Shown here: piece after piece, positions 17,255-26,483 of the stretch
How positions within the stretch are numbered: the stretch's first letter is position 1
How the letters are laid out: every line of letters starts with the position of its first letter
The notes under the pieces: generated by a model
The model's input: only the letters and a program-made list of their open reading frames with translations
What the model was told of the DNA's origin: nothing
The model's database searches: none
Made by a program: the position numbers and the translations under genes
Source of the DNA: a virus
Reading direction: 5' to 3' (one strand)
DNA: 64,000 bases
Virus record (IMG/VR): IMGVR_UViG_3300043395_000996
Span: 64,001-128,000 of that record

Positions 17255-19492
17255 TTATACTCTCTTTTTTTCATTATGGAATCTTCCGGCTCCTGGGTTT
17301 CTACTTCTTCCTTCTAAATCAAATCCAATATTAAATTCTGGTTTAGGATATGCTAATATATCAATACCATCAGAACTATCTATAAGAATTCTATGTTCTT
17401 TTACTAATTTAGAACCACCTCTATCTTCTTTTTGCGATAATACAGAATCGTTTGAAAAATCTTGCACATCAACATTTGTATTATATGCTTCGTGTGCTAA
17501 TTCTGTGTACATATATCTGGATTCCAATCTCAATCGTAATGTTGCTATTGTATCATTACTAACATCCAATCCCGCTTTTTCTCTTTCTAATACAACTTTT
17601 GCAAGAGCGCTTGTAACTTTACTAGCACCATTTCCACCCTTTTTTAATTCATTTTCAATACGAGCAATAAATTGAGGGCTTACATTTAATTTTGCAGCCT
17701 TTTGTTTTAACTCTTCTTGATATTGTTTATTCAATTGTTTATGTTGTGCTAATGGAGCATCTAATTTTAATTCAAATGGTTTACCATGTGCTTCAGCTAA
17801 TTCAGTAACACCTTTTTTAATTAATCCTTTTGGGTCGTTTTTATAAGTTGATTTTTTACATTTAGAAGCCAATCCACTTGCTCCTCCGATTCCTTTTTTA
17901 ACACTTCTACCATCCAATGTTACAATTCTATTCTCACCCTTTCCATTGGAAACAGTAATAACATCAACTGTTTCTAATGTTGTAGATTGCGGTAATAATG
18001 CACATTTACCATTTTGAGTTCCTCTACCATTATCGTGCATCTCTCTAATTGCTACAAATATTTCAGCGTAATTTGCCCATCCTTCTTTTAAAGATGGCTC
18101 TCCTTCGTGATTTGCTATATTAGATAGTATTGTTTCAAATTCTTTTGACCATGCGGCTGGGTCTTTATTTGGGTCTTTTTTTGAAAAATTACCAAGAGTA
18201 TCTATTAAACCTAATGTTTCTTTATCCGTTATTAGAGCTTTATCAGCCAATCCTTTGAATCTTAATGCCATACCTGAAATAGATTCTTTGATTACCTTTA
18301 CTCTATTTTCTGGAGAATCAGGTATAGTCCCACTATCCATATCAATAAAATCCAAATCGCCTGCTTTTATTTTTTCAGCGTATTCATCTAATGTTCTATT
18401 ATTTTTTTCTATTGCCTTTCTCTCTTTATCAGTTTTAGCCGTTTTTGGGTCTATTCTAACAATATTCATTGCTCCAATTTGAACATTGGTTACAACACCA
18501 TTACTTTCTTTAACTTTTGATGCGTTTTTTAATAATCGTGTTTTACCATTATTATCAACATATGTCTGATTTGCTGTTGAAAGTTTACCACCAAAAGTAG
18601 ATGGAGATAATTCAGCCATACCATATTTTCTAACATATTGACCAAATGCTCCGTGAACGGGATTAGATGAATCTTTTGCACCAACATATACTCTTACTCT
18701 GGCAGTAGGTCCTTGGTTTTTCCAATTACCCGGTTGTTTTGCAATATAAAACTTTGTAGCGTTTGGATTATTTTCCGTTGGTTCTGCAACTCTAATATAT
18801 TGTGCGGCTAATTTTTGTTCGGCAGGAGATATTTTTTCTCCATTGAATATTTTTTTAGCAATTTCTGCAACTTGTTTGTGTTCAGCTGCATATGGATTTC
18901 CTTTTGATTTTGAAAACTTATCTAAAGTATCTAATATAGATGTTTGTGCCTGAATTGTATTTTGTAAGTTTTTCTCCTTATTTCTAACATTTCCCAATCC
19001 ATCTACTACATCTGAAAATTTATTAGAAGTAGTTGTAGTGGTTTGTGGTTCAAATACATTTGCTCCACCACCTTTCACTCCAAAAGCGTTTACAGGTTGT
19101 TCTTCATCTCCTGGTGCAGTATCAACCATACTAATATCACTCATCTTATGGCCGGCTTGTGTAAACATAGCTTTTGCCATTTTATATGCTTGTGATGTTT
19201 TATCATATCCCAATGCAGATGATACTTTAACCATCTTTTTTGTTTCAGGATTTTCAAAAGTAGTATCCAATGTTTTTTGTAAATCTTGCTTTGGAGATTT
19301 AACTAGATTTTTTACTTTTGGAGTTTTTTTAACTTTTTCTCTTAAACGGGAAATAGCATTAAAATTAGATATACCATTTTCTCTCAAAATAGATTCTAAT
19401 TCTACAATATGTTCTTCGTTTGTTAAATCAACAATTCCGCTAGGAACTCTGTAACTTAATTCCAATAATATTTCTTCAAAATTTGGAGTCAT
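17255..19492 (-). CDS. Large Lys-rich hypothetical protein; possible restriction-endonuclease-like C-terminal domain
   Basis: 745 aa ORF; VDVI...GRSVKKG could be a PD-(D/E)xK variant (weak). Confidence 0.6.
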   Translation of the reverse strand: MTPNFEEILLELSYRVPSGIVDLTNEEHIVELESILRENGISNFNAISRLREKVKKTPKVKNLVKSPKQDLQKTLDTTFENPETKKMVKVSSALGYDKTSQAYKMAKAMFTQAGHKMSDISMVDTAPGDEEQPVNAFGVKGGGANVFEPQTTTTTSNKFSDVVDGLGNVRNKEKNLQNTIQAQTSILDTLDKFSKSKGNPYAAEHKQVAEIAKKIFNGEKISPAEQKLAAQYIRVAEPTENNPNATKFYIAKQPGNWKNQGPTARVRVYVGAKDSSNPVHGAFGQYVRKYGMAELSPSTFGGKLSTANQTYVDNNGKTRLLKNASKVKESNGVVTNVQIGAMNIVRIDPKTAKTDKERKAIEKNNRTLDEYAEKIKAGDLDFIDMDSGTIPDSPENRVKVIKESISGMALRFKGLADKALITDKETLGLIDTLGNFSKKDPNKDPAAWSKEFETILSNIANHEGEPSLKEGWANYAEIFVAIREMHDNGRGTQNGKCALLPQSTTLETVDVITVSNGKGENRIVTLDGRSVKKGIGGASGLASKCKKSTYKNDPKGLIKKGVTELAEAHGKPFELKLDAPLAQHKQLNKQYQEELKQKAAKLNVSPQFIARIENELKKGGNGASKVTSALAKVVLEREKAGLDVSNDTIATLRLRLESRYMYTELAHEAYNTNVDVQDFSNDSVLSQKEDRGGSKLVKEHRILIDSSDGIDILAYPKPEFNIGFDLEGRSRNPGAGRFHNEKKRV

Positions 19493-19497
19493 TTATT

Positions 19498-19974
19498 TTA
19501 TCGTTTTGATGCGTAAATTTTTGTAGAGTTTGTTTTCTTTGCATCGTGTGGTCTAAAAACTTCCCAACGTGAACCATCTTTAAAAACTATGTTTCCACCA
19601 TGTGGGCTGGTTCGAGTATATACACCACTATCTCCGTTTTCTAATCTTTTTTTAAGTTCAACGGCATCTTTATCGACATATGTAGTACCTCTATCTGAAG
19701 TATGTAAATTTGGTACAATAGATTTAGCTACCATTGATAAATCTACTTGCTTATCTACCTTTATATCGGTTATGGATTTATCTTTTACTCCACCAAATAC
19801 CGATGTTCCTTTTACGGGATTAGAATTTTTAGCAGCTTGACCTGCGGTTGTGGCTTTACCTGCAATTGTAACTTTTGTATCAGGTCTTAATTGATGTTGT
19901 TTTTGATATGCATCAAATGCGTCTTGATTTCTAAAATCAATTTCCTTTAAGGGAATCAGGTTTACTAATTTCAT
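19498..19974 (-). CDS. Hypothetical protein, putative late or internal head protein
   Basis: N-terminus MKLVNLIP matches MKLVNLMP of the head-cluster ORF 59233-59496; a late motif lies upstream. Confidence 0.6.
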   Translation of the reverse strand: MKLVNLIPLKEIDFRNQDAFDAYQKQHQLRPDTKVTIAGKATTAGQAAKNSNPVKGTSVFGGVKDKSITDIKVDKQVDLSMVAKSIVPNLHTSDRGTTYVDKDAVELKKRLENGDSGVYTRTSPHGGNIVFKDGSRWEVFRPHDAKKTNSTKIYASKR

Positions 19975-20015
19975 TTTTATATTATTTACAAATGTATTCC
20001 TATATAATTATATGA

Positions 20016-20024
20016 TATAAATAT
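20016..20024 (-). promoter_or_regulatory. Putative late promoter motif ATATTTATA (sense); this entry represents a family of copies
   Basis: The same 9-mer (TATAAATAT on +) lies just upstream of gene starts at 26463, 29603, 32631, 34855, 36645, 40124, 43449, 48435, 55052 and 62676, with one-mismatch copies at 30656, 44358, 47754 and 58173. Confidence 0.65.
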
Positions 20025-20030
20025 AAATTT

Positions 20031-21299
20031 TTAATCTAATTCAACTAAATTATTGTAATTAGTTCCTTCTTCTACTTTGACAGGAAATCCACCTCTCTCC
20101 ATTGCGGATTTTACCGAGCTGATAATCTCATCTCTTTCAATGGGATGTACATCTATAATGAACGCATCGTATGTGTACAAAATTGGTTTACTCATCTTTC
20201 CTTCAAAACAATTGAATATGGATTCCATCTTCATATAATTCACTTCAGTTTCCAACGCTTGGAGTAGATAGTTAAATACCTTTTGTTCATTTGCTCCTTC
20301 TATTCTACTAAAATGAATTTCCCTCTTATAGAGAGGAGTCGTTAAACGGCCAGAAATTACGAACTTTTGGTAAACCCCTTTAATGTATCCATCTACCATT
20401 TGAAAGAATGGAATCTTACGGGCATCATCATCTAACCCACCATAAAGATAACGGAATGTAATTCCCTTCGCCGTTTCATAATCCGTTCCATATATGTTTG
20501 CAAAGTATTGGTGAGCCGAAATATCGGTTGGTAGTTTGTATCCAATTAAGCCCGCAATCAATCGTAAGTGATAGGATTCATAATCGAATTGAAGAAGAGT
20601 TCCGTTTGGATTTCTACTAATGAAACACTCCCTACTACCATCGGATTTGTTAAGAGCCGAATAGTTCACACTTAAATGCCTATTGGATGGTCTACCCGTA
20701 ATGGTATATGGATTGTATTGTGTGTACACCAACCCCCTTTTGAGGAAAGACGCATCAAAGTTAAAACTATCAATAAATTTTTCTTCTTCGACTTTCACCC
20801 CAGCCCCTTCCAGCCTTCCCAACTTTCTGATTGCTGATGAATAATTGTAATCCCAATCATTTACATTCTGGCAATTTGGTAACAATTGTAATTGTTCGTA
20901 CCACTTCATTAAGGGTATGCAATCATTCAATTCTTTAAAATCTCTTTTATACCCCCTATAAACCGATTCTACTTGCTCTTCGAAGATAAATGGTTTACCA
21001 TACTGCTCAAAGTAAACCCACTCATAATCGAGTCCTTTATTGCTTATATAACGACTTCCTAAAACTTTAGTATGTTCTGATATGAGAATGTTTAAATCAA
21101 ACTTTTCGATTTTCTTTGCATCTATATGATTGATGTTGATAATTCCACTATTACCATTATCCTCTCTATAATATATAAATGAAATTCTACTCGTTAAAGG
21201 ATGTGCTCTATGAGAACTCCAAACGGGAATTAGTAAATCAATCGTTGGATTTGATTTGACAAAAAAATGTAGGGCAGATTTAGTTTCTATTAAATTCAT
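20031..21299 (-). CDS. Short family A DNA polymerase-like protein with divergent motifs
   Basis: TITGR, motif A FDYESYHLRLIA, motif B AKGITFRYLYG, NYLLQ and motif C LYTYDAF; no clear exonuclease motifs. Confidence 0.8.
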   Translation of the reverse strand: MNLIETKSALHFFVKSNPTIDLLIPVWSSHRAHPLTSRISFIYYREDNGNSGIININHIDAKKIEKFDLNILISEHTKVLGSRYISNKGLDYEWVYFEQYGKPFIFEEQVESVYRGYKRDFKELNDCIPLMKWYEQLQLLPNCQNVNDWDYNYSSAIRKLGRLEGAGVKVEEEKFIDSFNFDASFLKRGLVYTQYNPYTITGRPSNRHLSVNYSALNKSDGSRECFISRNPNGTLLQFDYESYHLRLIAGLIGYKLPTDISAHQYFANIYGTDYETAKGITFRYLYGGLDDDARKIPFFQMVDGYIKGVYQKFVISGRLTTPLYKREIHFSRIEGANEQKVFNYLLQALETEVNYMKMESIFNCFEGKMSKPILYTYDAFIIDVHPIERDEIISSVKSAMERGGFPVKVEEGTNYNNLVELD

Positions 21300-21305
21300 A
21301 CCCTA

Positions 21306-21337
21306 CAAATATATAAAAAATAATTTAAAATTCCAAA
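21306..21337 (-). promoter_or_regulatory. Bacteroidetes promoter, TTTG-N20-TATATTTG, upstream of the PolA-like gene
   Basis: caaatata at 21306-21313 and caaa at 21334-21337. Confidence 0.8.
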
Positions 21338-22120
21338 TTATTCTCCCCAATGTTTTTGACGAAGTTCGTACATATCAATTGGTTCTCTTTTCATATGACC
21401 ACCTTGATTAAAGTATGCACCTTTTTTCAAATATCCACCTAAAAAGTTTCTTCTAAATCTATTTGAATTATTTGCTTCAGAACCATGTACACAATGTGAA
21501 TGCAATAACACTACTTGTCCTTTTTGTAAATAACCTTCTACTTTACGAAAATCATGTCCTTCTGGCATCACACAAGGTTTACCTCTTTCATTTCTCCAAA
21601 ATTTAGGATTTGTTTTTGTTCTTTCCTCATCAACTTCAATTGGTAAAACCGGCAATCTATGTGAACCTTCATAGTTCCATACTGCTCCGTTTTCTTTATC
21701 GTGATTATCCAATGCTAATGCGGTGTTGATAATTTCATTGTGACCACATCCCGTATAAAATGCGTTTTGATGCATATCTCTACCTAATTGCCCAGGTGGT
21801 TTGAAATATGACCAAGTTTGTAAACCAACCACTTCACCTTCCATAAGGAATTCACATGCCTCTAATACTTTAGGATGCGCAAATAATTTTTCCAATTTTG
21901 GTGAAATCTTATGTGGATATGCAAACGGGTCCCATTCGCCCCATTCTTCACCAGTTTCTTTTGTAGTTTTAGAACGTTCTACTCTCAACTTTTCCAATTC
22001 TTCGTTGATTTCATCACATTCTTCTTCAGTAAGTAATTGTAATACTGTCCAACCTCTGTAACGCCAATCAAACGTCATTTGTTGAATCTCTTCTCGAGTA
22101 AGATGTTTAAATTCTGCCAT
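21338..22120 (-). CDS. PhyH-family Fe(II)/2-oxoglutarate dioxygenase
   Basis: YFKPPG...MHQN...ALDNHDKENGAVWNYEGSH...HSHCVHGSEANNSNRFRR. Confidence 0.85.
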   Translation of the reverse strand: MAEFKHLTREEIQQMTFDWRYRGWTVLQLLTEEECDEINEELEKLRVERSKTTKETGEEWGEWDPFAYPHKISPKLEKLFAHPKVLEACEFLMEGEVVGLQTWSYFKPPGQLGRDMHQNAFYTGCGHNEIINTALALDNHDKENGAVWNYEGSHRLPVLPIEVDEERTKTNPKFWRNERGKPCVMPEGHDFRKVEGYLQKGQVVLLHSHCVHGSEANNSNRFRRNFLGGYLKKGAYFNQGGHMKREPIDMYELRQKHWGE

Positions 22121-22194
22121 AACTTAATTTTAGTTTATATATCTATATATATGAATTTTTTCACTAAAAAGTAAAAAAATCTAAATGATTTTTA

Positions 22195-22569
22195 TCATTT
22201 GTGGAACTGAATCAAATTAGGTAAATACAATCCTATATTTTTTATTTTTACAGATGTTATTGCAATAGATGCACTATTTGATGCCTTAACTCCCATATCA
22301 GTCAGCTTTCCATTTGGTCCATACACTACATCTATTGGGCCTGAAATTCTCCATCGCATTGTTGCTACCGTCCAATATGGATTTTCTAACAAATCATTGT
22401 ATTCATTTTCATCTACTTCATAAACAAATCCATTTGAATCATTTGCTCTTTGAGTAAAGTATCTATCAATACTACCATAATCATAATCGTTTTCCGATGG
22501 TGATGGAACGATTGTGTTTGGAGTTTGTAATGAATATAATTCTTTATTTTTAATTAAATCGTTATACAT
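22195..22569 (-). CDS. Hypothetical protein, baseplate region
   Basis: Last ORF of the tail/baseplate run. Confidence 0.6.
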   Translation of the reverse strand: MYNDLIKNKELYSLQTPNTIVPSPSENDYDYGSIDRYFTQRANDSNGFVYEVDENEYNDLLENPYWTVATMRWRISGPIDVVYGPNGKLTDMGVKASNSASIAITSVKIKNIGLYLPNLIQFHK

Positions 22570-22575
22570 ATTTTA

Positions 22576-24825
22576 TTATTTTTTTGGATATGCTTTTTCA
22601 ACATCTATTCGATAACCGGCTTCTATTGTAGTTTTCCAACCATTTTCATCAATACCCTGTTTAACGTTTGTTATTTGAAAATATCCATTTTTATTATAAA
22701 TTTCAGGTATCCCATCTATTTGAAAATATTCACCACAACTAAATCCAGATGTTCCATCTATTGCCAATGTAACATCCAAATAAGTCAATGCAGACCCACT
22801 TTGTTCTTTTTTAATATGTTCTTGTATAATACCTTTATCTAAAAAAATATAAGTTTTGATATTTGTTTTATTGTTAATTACCGATTTAAATTTAACAGAT
22901 TTAGCTCTTATAAGTTCTGCTAATTCTGTTGGTTTTTTATCAGTATCTTCAGTCTTTGGTGGATTAGGAGTCATACCCGTTTCTGTTTTCTTTTTAGCTG
23001 TATCTTCAGCTGCTGCTAATACGATACGTTTTTCAACTTCATTTACAGAAAACCAACCATCTGAATTTTTTGCATACGATAAATCAAACAATTTATAATT
23101 GTCGGTAGTTTGTGCATTGTTTGTGGTATCAAATCCGTTATTTTCAATTATACTATTTAAATTCAATTGAGATTGATACATAGCTTGTGATTGTGCTAAT
23201 GTACTCAATTCCATACTAAAATTAAATTCTTTTAAAATTGAATTAGGTCCTATTTTAAATCTATATGAATCTGTTGATTGTTGTGATTTTGGCCAATCTT
23301 TAATCATCAACTTATAATCCATAATAGATAATGTTTTCAATGAATGAGTTATATCATCGGTTTGAGACATTAATTCTAAACTACATAATCCAAATGTATT
23401 TTGATTAACGATGGCTAATACATTATTTATAAAATCCGCTTGTGTGTATGATGAATTATATGCATTCAATACGGCATCATAACTTAAAAATACATTTAAT
23501 AAATTACCATATTTAGCTTTCGTATCTAATTCATATTTTTTACCATTGCTATCATAAATTTCTTTTGAATCAATATTAAATGTTTTTTCATTTACTTTAC
23601 ATTCTTGCAATGAACCGCTTACATATAATACTAATTCATTTTCTTTACCCTTTTCAGGATTTCTTATAAACGCAGGTATTGCATTTGGAATTATCAAATC
23701 TTCCGATGTAGAACACATAAATTTATGCGAATTCATTGGAATTATTGGTTTGGTTTTAGCCACATCTTCATAATAAAAAAGTAATTTTTCTTTTTTATAA
23801 CTAAATACTTGCGATAAACGCATTAATTCTAAAACAAATTTAAATGAAATATATTGTTTAAATGATACTGTTTTATCTTTATCTTGCGAATTTAACATTC
23901 CCCAATTAAAAAATTCTTTTTTCCAAGTATCTTCTAAAGATTTTTGTTTTGCTTTATCGGCTGATTTTAATTCTGTTAATATATTTGGCATATTAAAATC
24001 CGCATATATTTTATTTATCCAAGTTTGAAATGGAGTAGCTCCTTTTAATTGATTGCCAGTTGCTGTTGTTGAGTTATCTTGCTTCATTGGCATCCACAAT
24101 TGTAATTCGTTTCCAGCGGATATTTCTAAATCAATATCATAAGTACCATCTTCAGCAGGAGAATATGTAAAATCGGTAATTTTACCAACCATATAATCAA
24201 AATTATATTTGGTATTTTTTAATGTTAATAAGTAATCAACTTTTGATTGTTTGAAATCTGAAAAATGTGCAGCAACTTCATCAACATATTCTCCATATGA
24301 TTTTTTGGATAATAAATGCGTATCTATGTTGGTTTTGGAAATCAAATCAGTATTCCAACCATATTCCAATACAACTGGCATTGATGGTCTTAAAAAGAAA
24401 AGGTCAAAAAATTCCAATTGTTTTAAACTAAAAACTTTTACTTTTACTCTTGCCGATTTTAATGTATTATTACCACCATCTGTATCTATTTCTACCGATT
24501 GAACAATTGGTGTTGATATTTTTCTACCTTCTTCTCCATCAATAGTAATCATTTTTCCATCTAAATCATATCCCAATATAGTCTTTGATGTTTGATACAT
24601 CATATTCAAAGCAGAGTGATTTGTTATGATGCATCCTTTATATGCATTTGTATATTCACCACGTTGAATAGCATTTAAAATTCCATCGGATTGATTTGTA
24701 GCAACTGCACCAGATGATAAAATTACAAAAGGAGAAAGTTTGTGATTATCAAATCCACCTAATTCCTTTTTTTCTAATTTTTCTTTAAGTTCTTTCTTAA
24801 TTGGAGCTACGAATGGAAACGGCAT
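22576..24825 (-). CDS. Putative baseplate hub / tail protein
   Basis: 749 aa following the LysM-like wedge gene; the C-terminal LAIDGTSGFSCGEYFQIDGIP...FQITNVKQ...WKTTIE is typical of hub proteins. Confidence 0.5.
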   Translation of the reverse strand: MPFPFVAPIKKELKEKLEKKELGGFDNHKLSPFVILSSGAVATNQSDGILNAIQRGEYTNAYKGCIITNHSALNMMYQTSKTILGYDLDGKMITIDGEEGRKISTPIVQSVEIDTDGGNNTLKSARVKVKVFSLKQLEFFDLFFLRPSMPVVLEYGWNTDLISKTNIDTHLLSKKSYGEYVDEVAAHFSDFKQSKVDYLLTLKNTKYNFDYMVGKITDFTYSPAEDGTYDIDLEISAGNELQLWMPMKQDNSTTATGNQLKGATPFQTWINKIYADFNMPNILTELKSADKAKQKSLEDTWKKEFFNWGMLNSQDKDKTVSFKQYISFKFVLELMRLSQVFSYKKEKLLFYYEDVAKTKPIIPMNSHKFMCSTSEDLIIPNAIPAFIRNPEKGKENELVLYVSGSLQECKVNEKTFNIDSKEIYDSNGKKYELDTKAKYGNLLNVFLSYDAVLNAYNSSYTQADFINNVLAIVNQNTFGLCSLELMSQTDDITHSLKTLSIMDYKLMIKDWPKSQQSTDSYRFKIGPNSILKEFNFSMELSTLAQSQAMYQSQLNLNSIIENNGFDTTNNAQTTDNYKLFDLSYAKNSDGWFSVNEVEKRIVLAAAEDTAKKKTETGMTPNPPKTEDTDKKPTELAELIRAKSVKFKSVINNKTNIKTYIFLDKGIIQEHIKKEQSGSALTYLDVTLAIDGTSGFSCGEYFQIDGIPEIYNKNGYFQITNVKQGIDENGWKTTIEAGYRIDVEKAYPKK

Positions 24826-24828
24826 CTT

Positions 24829-25131
24829 TTATTTATTTATCTTTTCTAAATCATTTAAAATTAGAGATAAATTTGATGGGATTCTTAATTGTACGCCTTC
24901 ACCAATATATAATGATGCATCATTTAAATTGTTTGCAACTGCAATAACCCACCACAAACTTTTATCTCCATAATATTTGTTAGCTAACAAATCTAATCTA
25001 TCTGTTACTTCTGATATTATATAAAAATCATTATCTGTTGGTTTAATTTTTGGATATATTAAACTTCCCAAATATTTCTTTTTGGTTTCTTTTTGAGTTT
25101 GTATTTTTGAATATGTATATCTATTTGCCAT
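24829..25131 (-). CDS. LysM-like baseplate protein (gp53 / tail X-like)
   Basis: DRLDLLANKYYGDKSLWWVIAVANNL...GVQLRIP. Confidence 0.75.
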   Translation of the reverse strand: MANRYTYSKIQTQKETKKKYLGSLIYPKIKPTDNDFYIISEVTDRLDLLANKYYGDKSLWWVIAVANNLNDASLYIGEGVQLRIPSNLSLILNDLEKINK

Positions 25132-26444
25132 TATTTCTTAATAGTATATTTTTTTCCATCATCATTTAAACCATCAAAATCATATTTAAAGGTTTTTGTA
25201 GTTGAACCTTCTATTTTATGATTTTCAATTATTTTAAGACCCAATGATACATCTATTACGGATGGATACATAAAATTATCATCTTTATTATCAGATTCAT
25301 AATTACTTAAAAATGCTTTGTTTCCCTTTCTACTCATATCTCCTAATAAATAATTTGAATCTTTTCCCATTTTTGGCCAAGTTGTAGAATCATCTATTGT
25401 GAATGATAAACTTTCTAAATATCCAGGTACATTTTTATATAAAGAACCTATACCAAATTTTATAATATTAGGTGCAATTGCATATTGAGATGTTTCTCCA
25501 AATTTAGAAGTTACAATATTTGTATCAGGAAATGCCAATGATTTTAAATAATTAATTTTTTTAATCATTACCTCCTTTTCACTATTTGTTAAGTAATATA
25601 ATTTAAGATTAAATTTAATACTACGTTCTACTCCACCATATCTATATATGTTAAATGGAGAGCCCAAATATTTAGATGGATTCCAAGTAGGAGTTACATC
25701 TTCCGATAATCCAGTAATAGAACCTATAAATGGTACATTAAATTCAACATTTCCAATATCATCTATTATTTTACCAAATGTAACAACAACGTGTCCATTT
25801 TTTTCAGCATCTTTTAATTCAGTATCCGTTATTGTTGTTTTTAATCGTAACTTATGCCATTCGTTATTCCAACTACCACCTTCTGTTGGTGTTCTTTTTG
25901 TAAGTACACCTGTTTTATCTTTATAGTATTCTGAAAATTTTTTATTTTCTTTTATAAGCTTCTTACCATCTTTTCCAAGCTTAACACCATAATTTTCATC
26001 CTTATCAGCTTTTTTTAATTGCTTTTTTAAATCCTTTAATCCACCCTTTGCAAGTAAATTATTTGCAGTATTGAATAATGTACCACCGATACTTGATGCA
26101 CTTTGTGGAGCAAATAATGCCGATGGTGATGGATTTGTTTTTATGAAATATGGGGTATCCGCTTCAACTGCATCTCTTAATTGTTGTTGTGTTTTAAATA
26201 AAGATATTGGTTTTGAAAAAACAGTGTCGTTTTTAAATATAGTATCGGTTGGTCTATTTGCAGAACCTCCCAATAAACCACCAATTTGATTACCCACTAA
26301 ATCTGCAATTGCGTTTGGGGATGATGTAAGTAAAGCAGCACCTCTTGGCGGATTGATAAATCCTCTACTTTCGATTATAGCCATTCCGCTTAATCCGTAA
26401 AGTTCTTTCTTTTGTGATTTAAAAAGGTCTAAAAGTGTTGCCAT
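25131..26444 (-). CDS. Putative baseplate / tail tube initiator protein
   Basis: Directly after the tape measure gene; ITGLSEDVTPTW..KYLG.PFNIY.YGGVERSIKFNLKL is a tube-like fold pattern. Confidence 0.55.
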   Translation of the reverse strand: MATLLDLFKSQKKELYGLSGMAIIESRGFINPPRGAALLTSSPNAIADLVGNQIGGLLGGSANRPTDTIFKNDTVFSKPISLFKTQQQLRDAVEADTPYFIKTNPSPSALFAPQSASSIGGTLFNTANNLLAKGGLKDLKKQLKKADKDENYGVKLGKDGKKLIKENKKFSEYYKDKTGVLTKRTPTEGGSWNNEWHKLRLKTTITDTELKDAEKNGHVVVTFGKIIDDIGNVEFNVPFIGSITGLSEDVTPTWNPSKYLGSPFNIYRYGGVERSIKFNLKLYYLTNSEKEVMIKKINYLKSLAFPDTNIVTSKFGETSQYAIAPNIIKFGIGSLYKNVPGYLESLSFTIDDSTTWPKMGKDSNYLLGDMSRKGNKAFLSNYESDNKDDNFMYPSVIDVSLGLKIIENHKIEGSTTKTFKYDFDGLNDDGKKYTIKK

Positions 26445-26483
26445 TTATAGTTTAGTATTTACTATAAATATCTTTATTATAAA

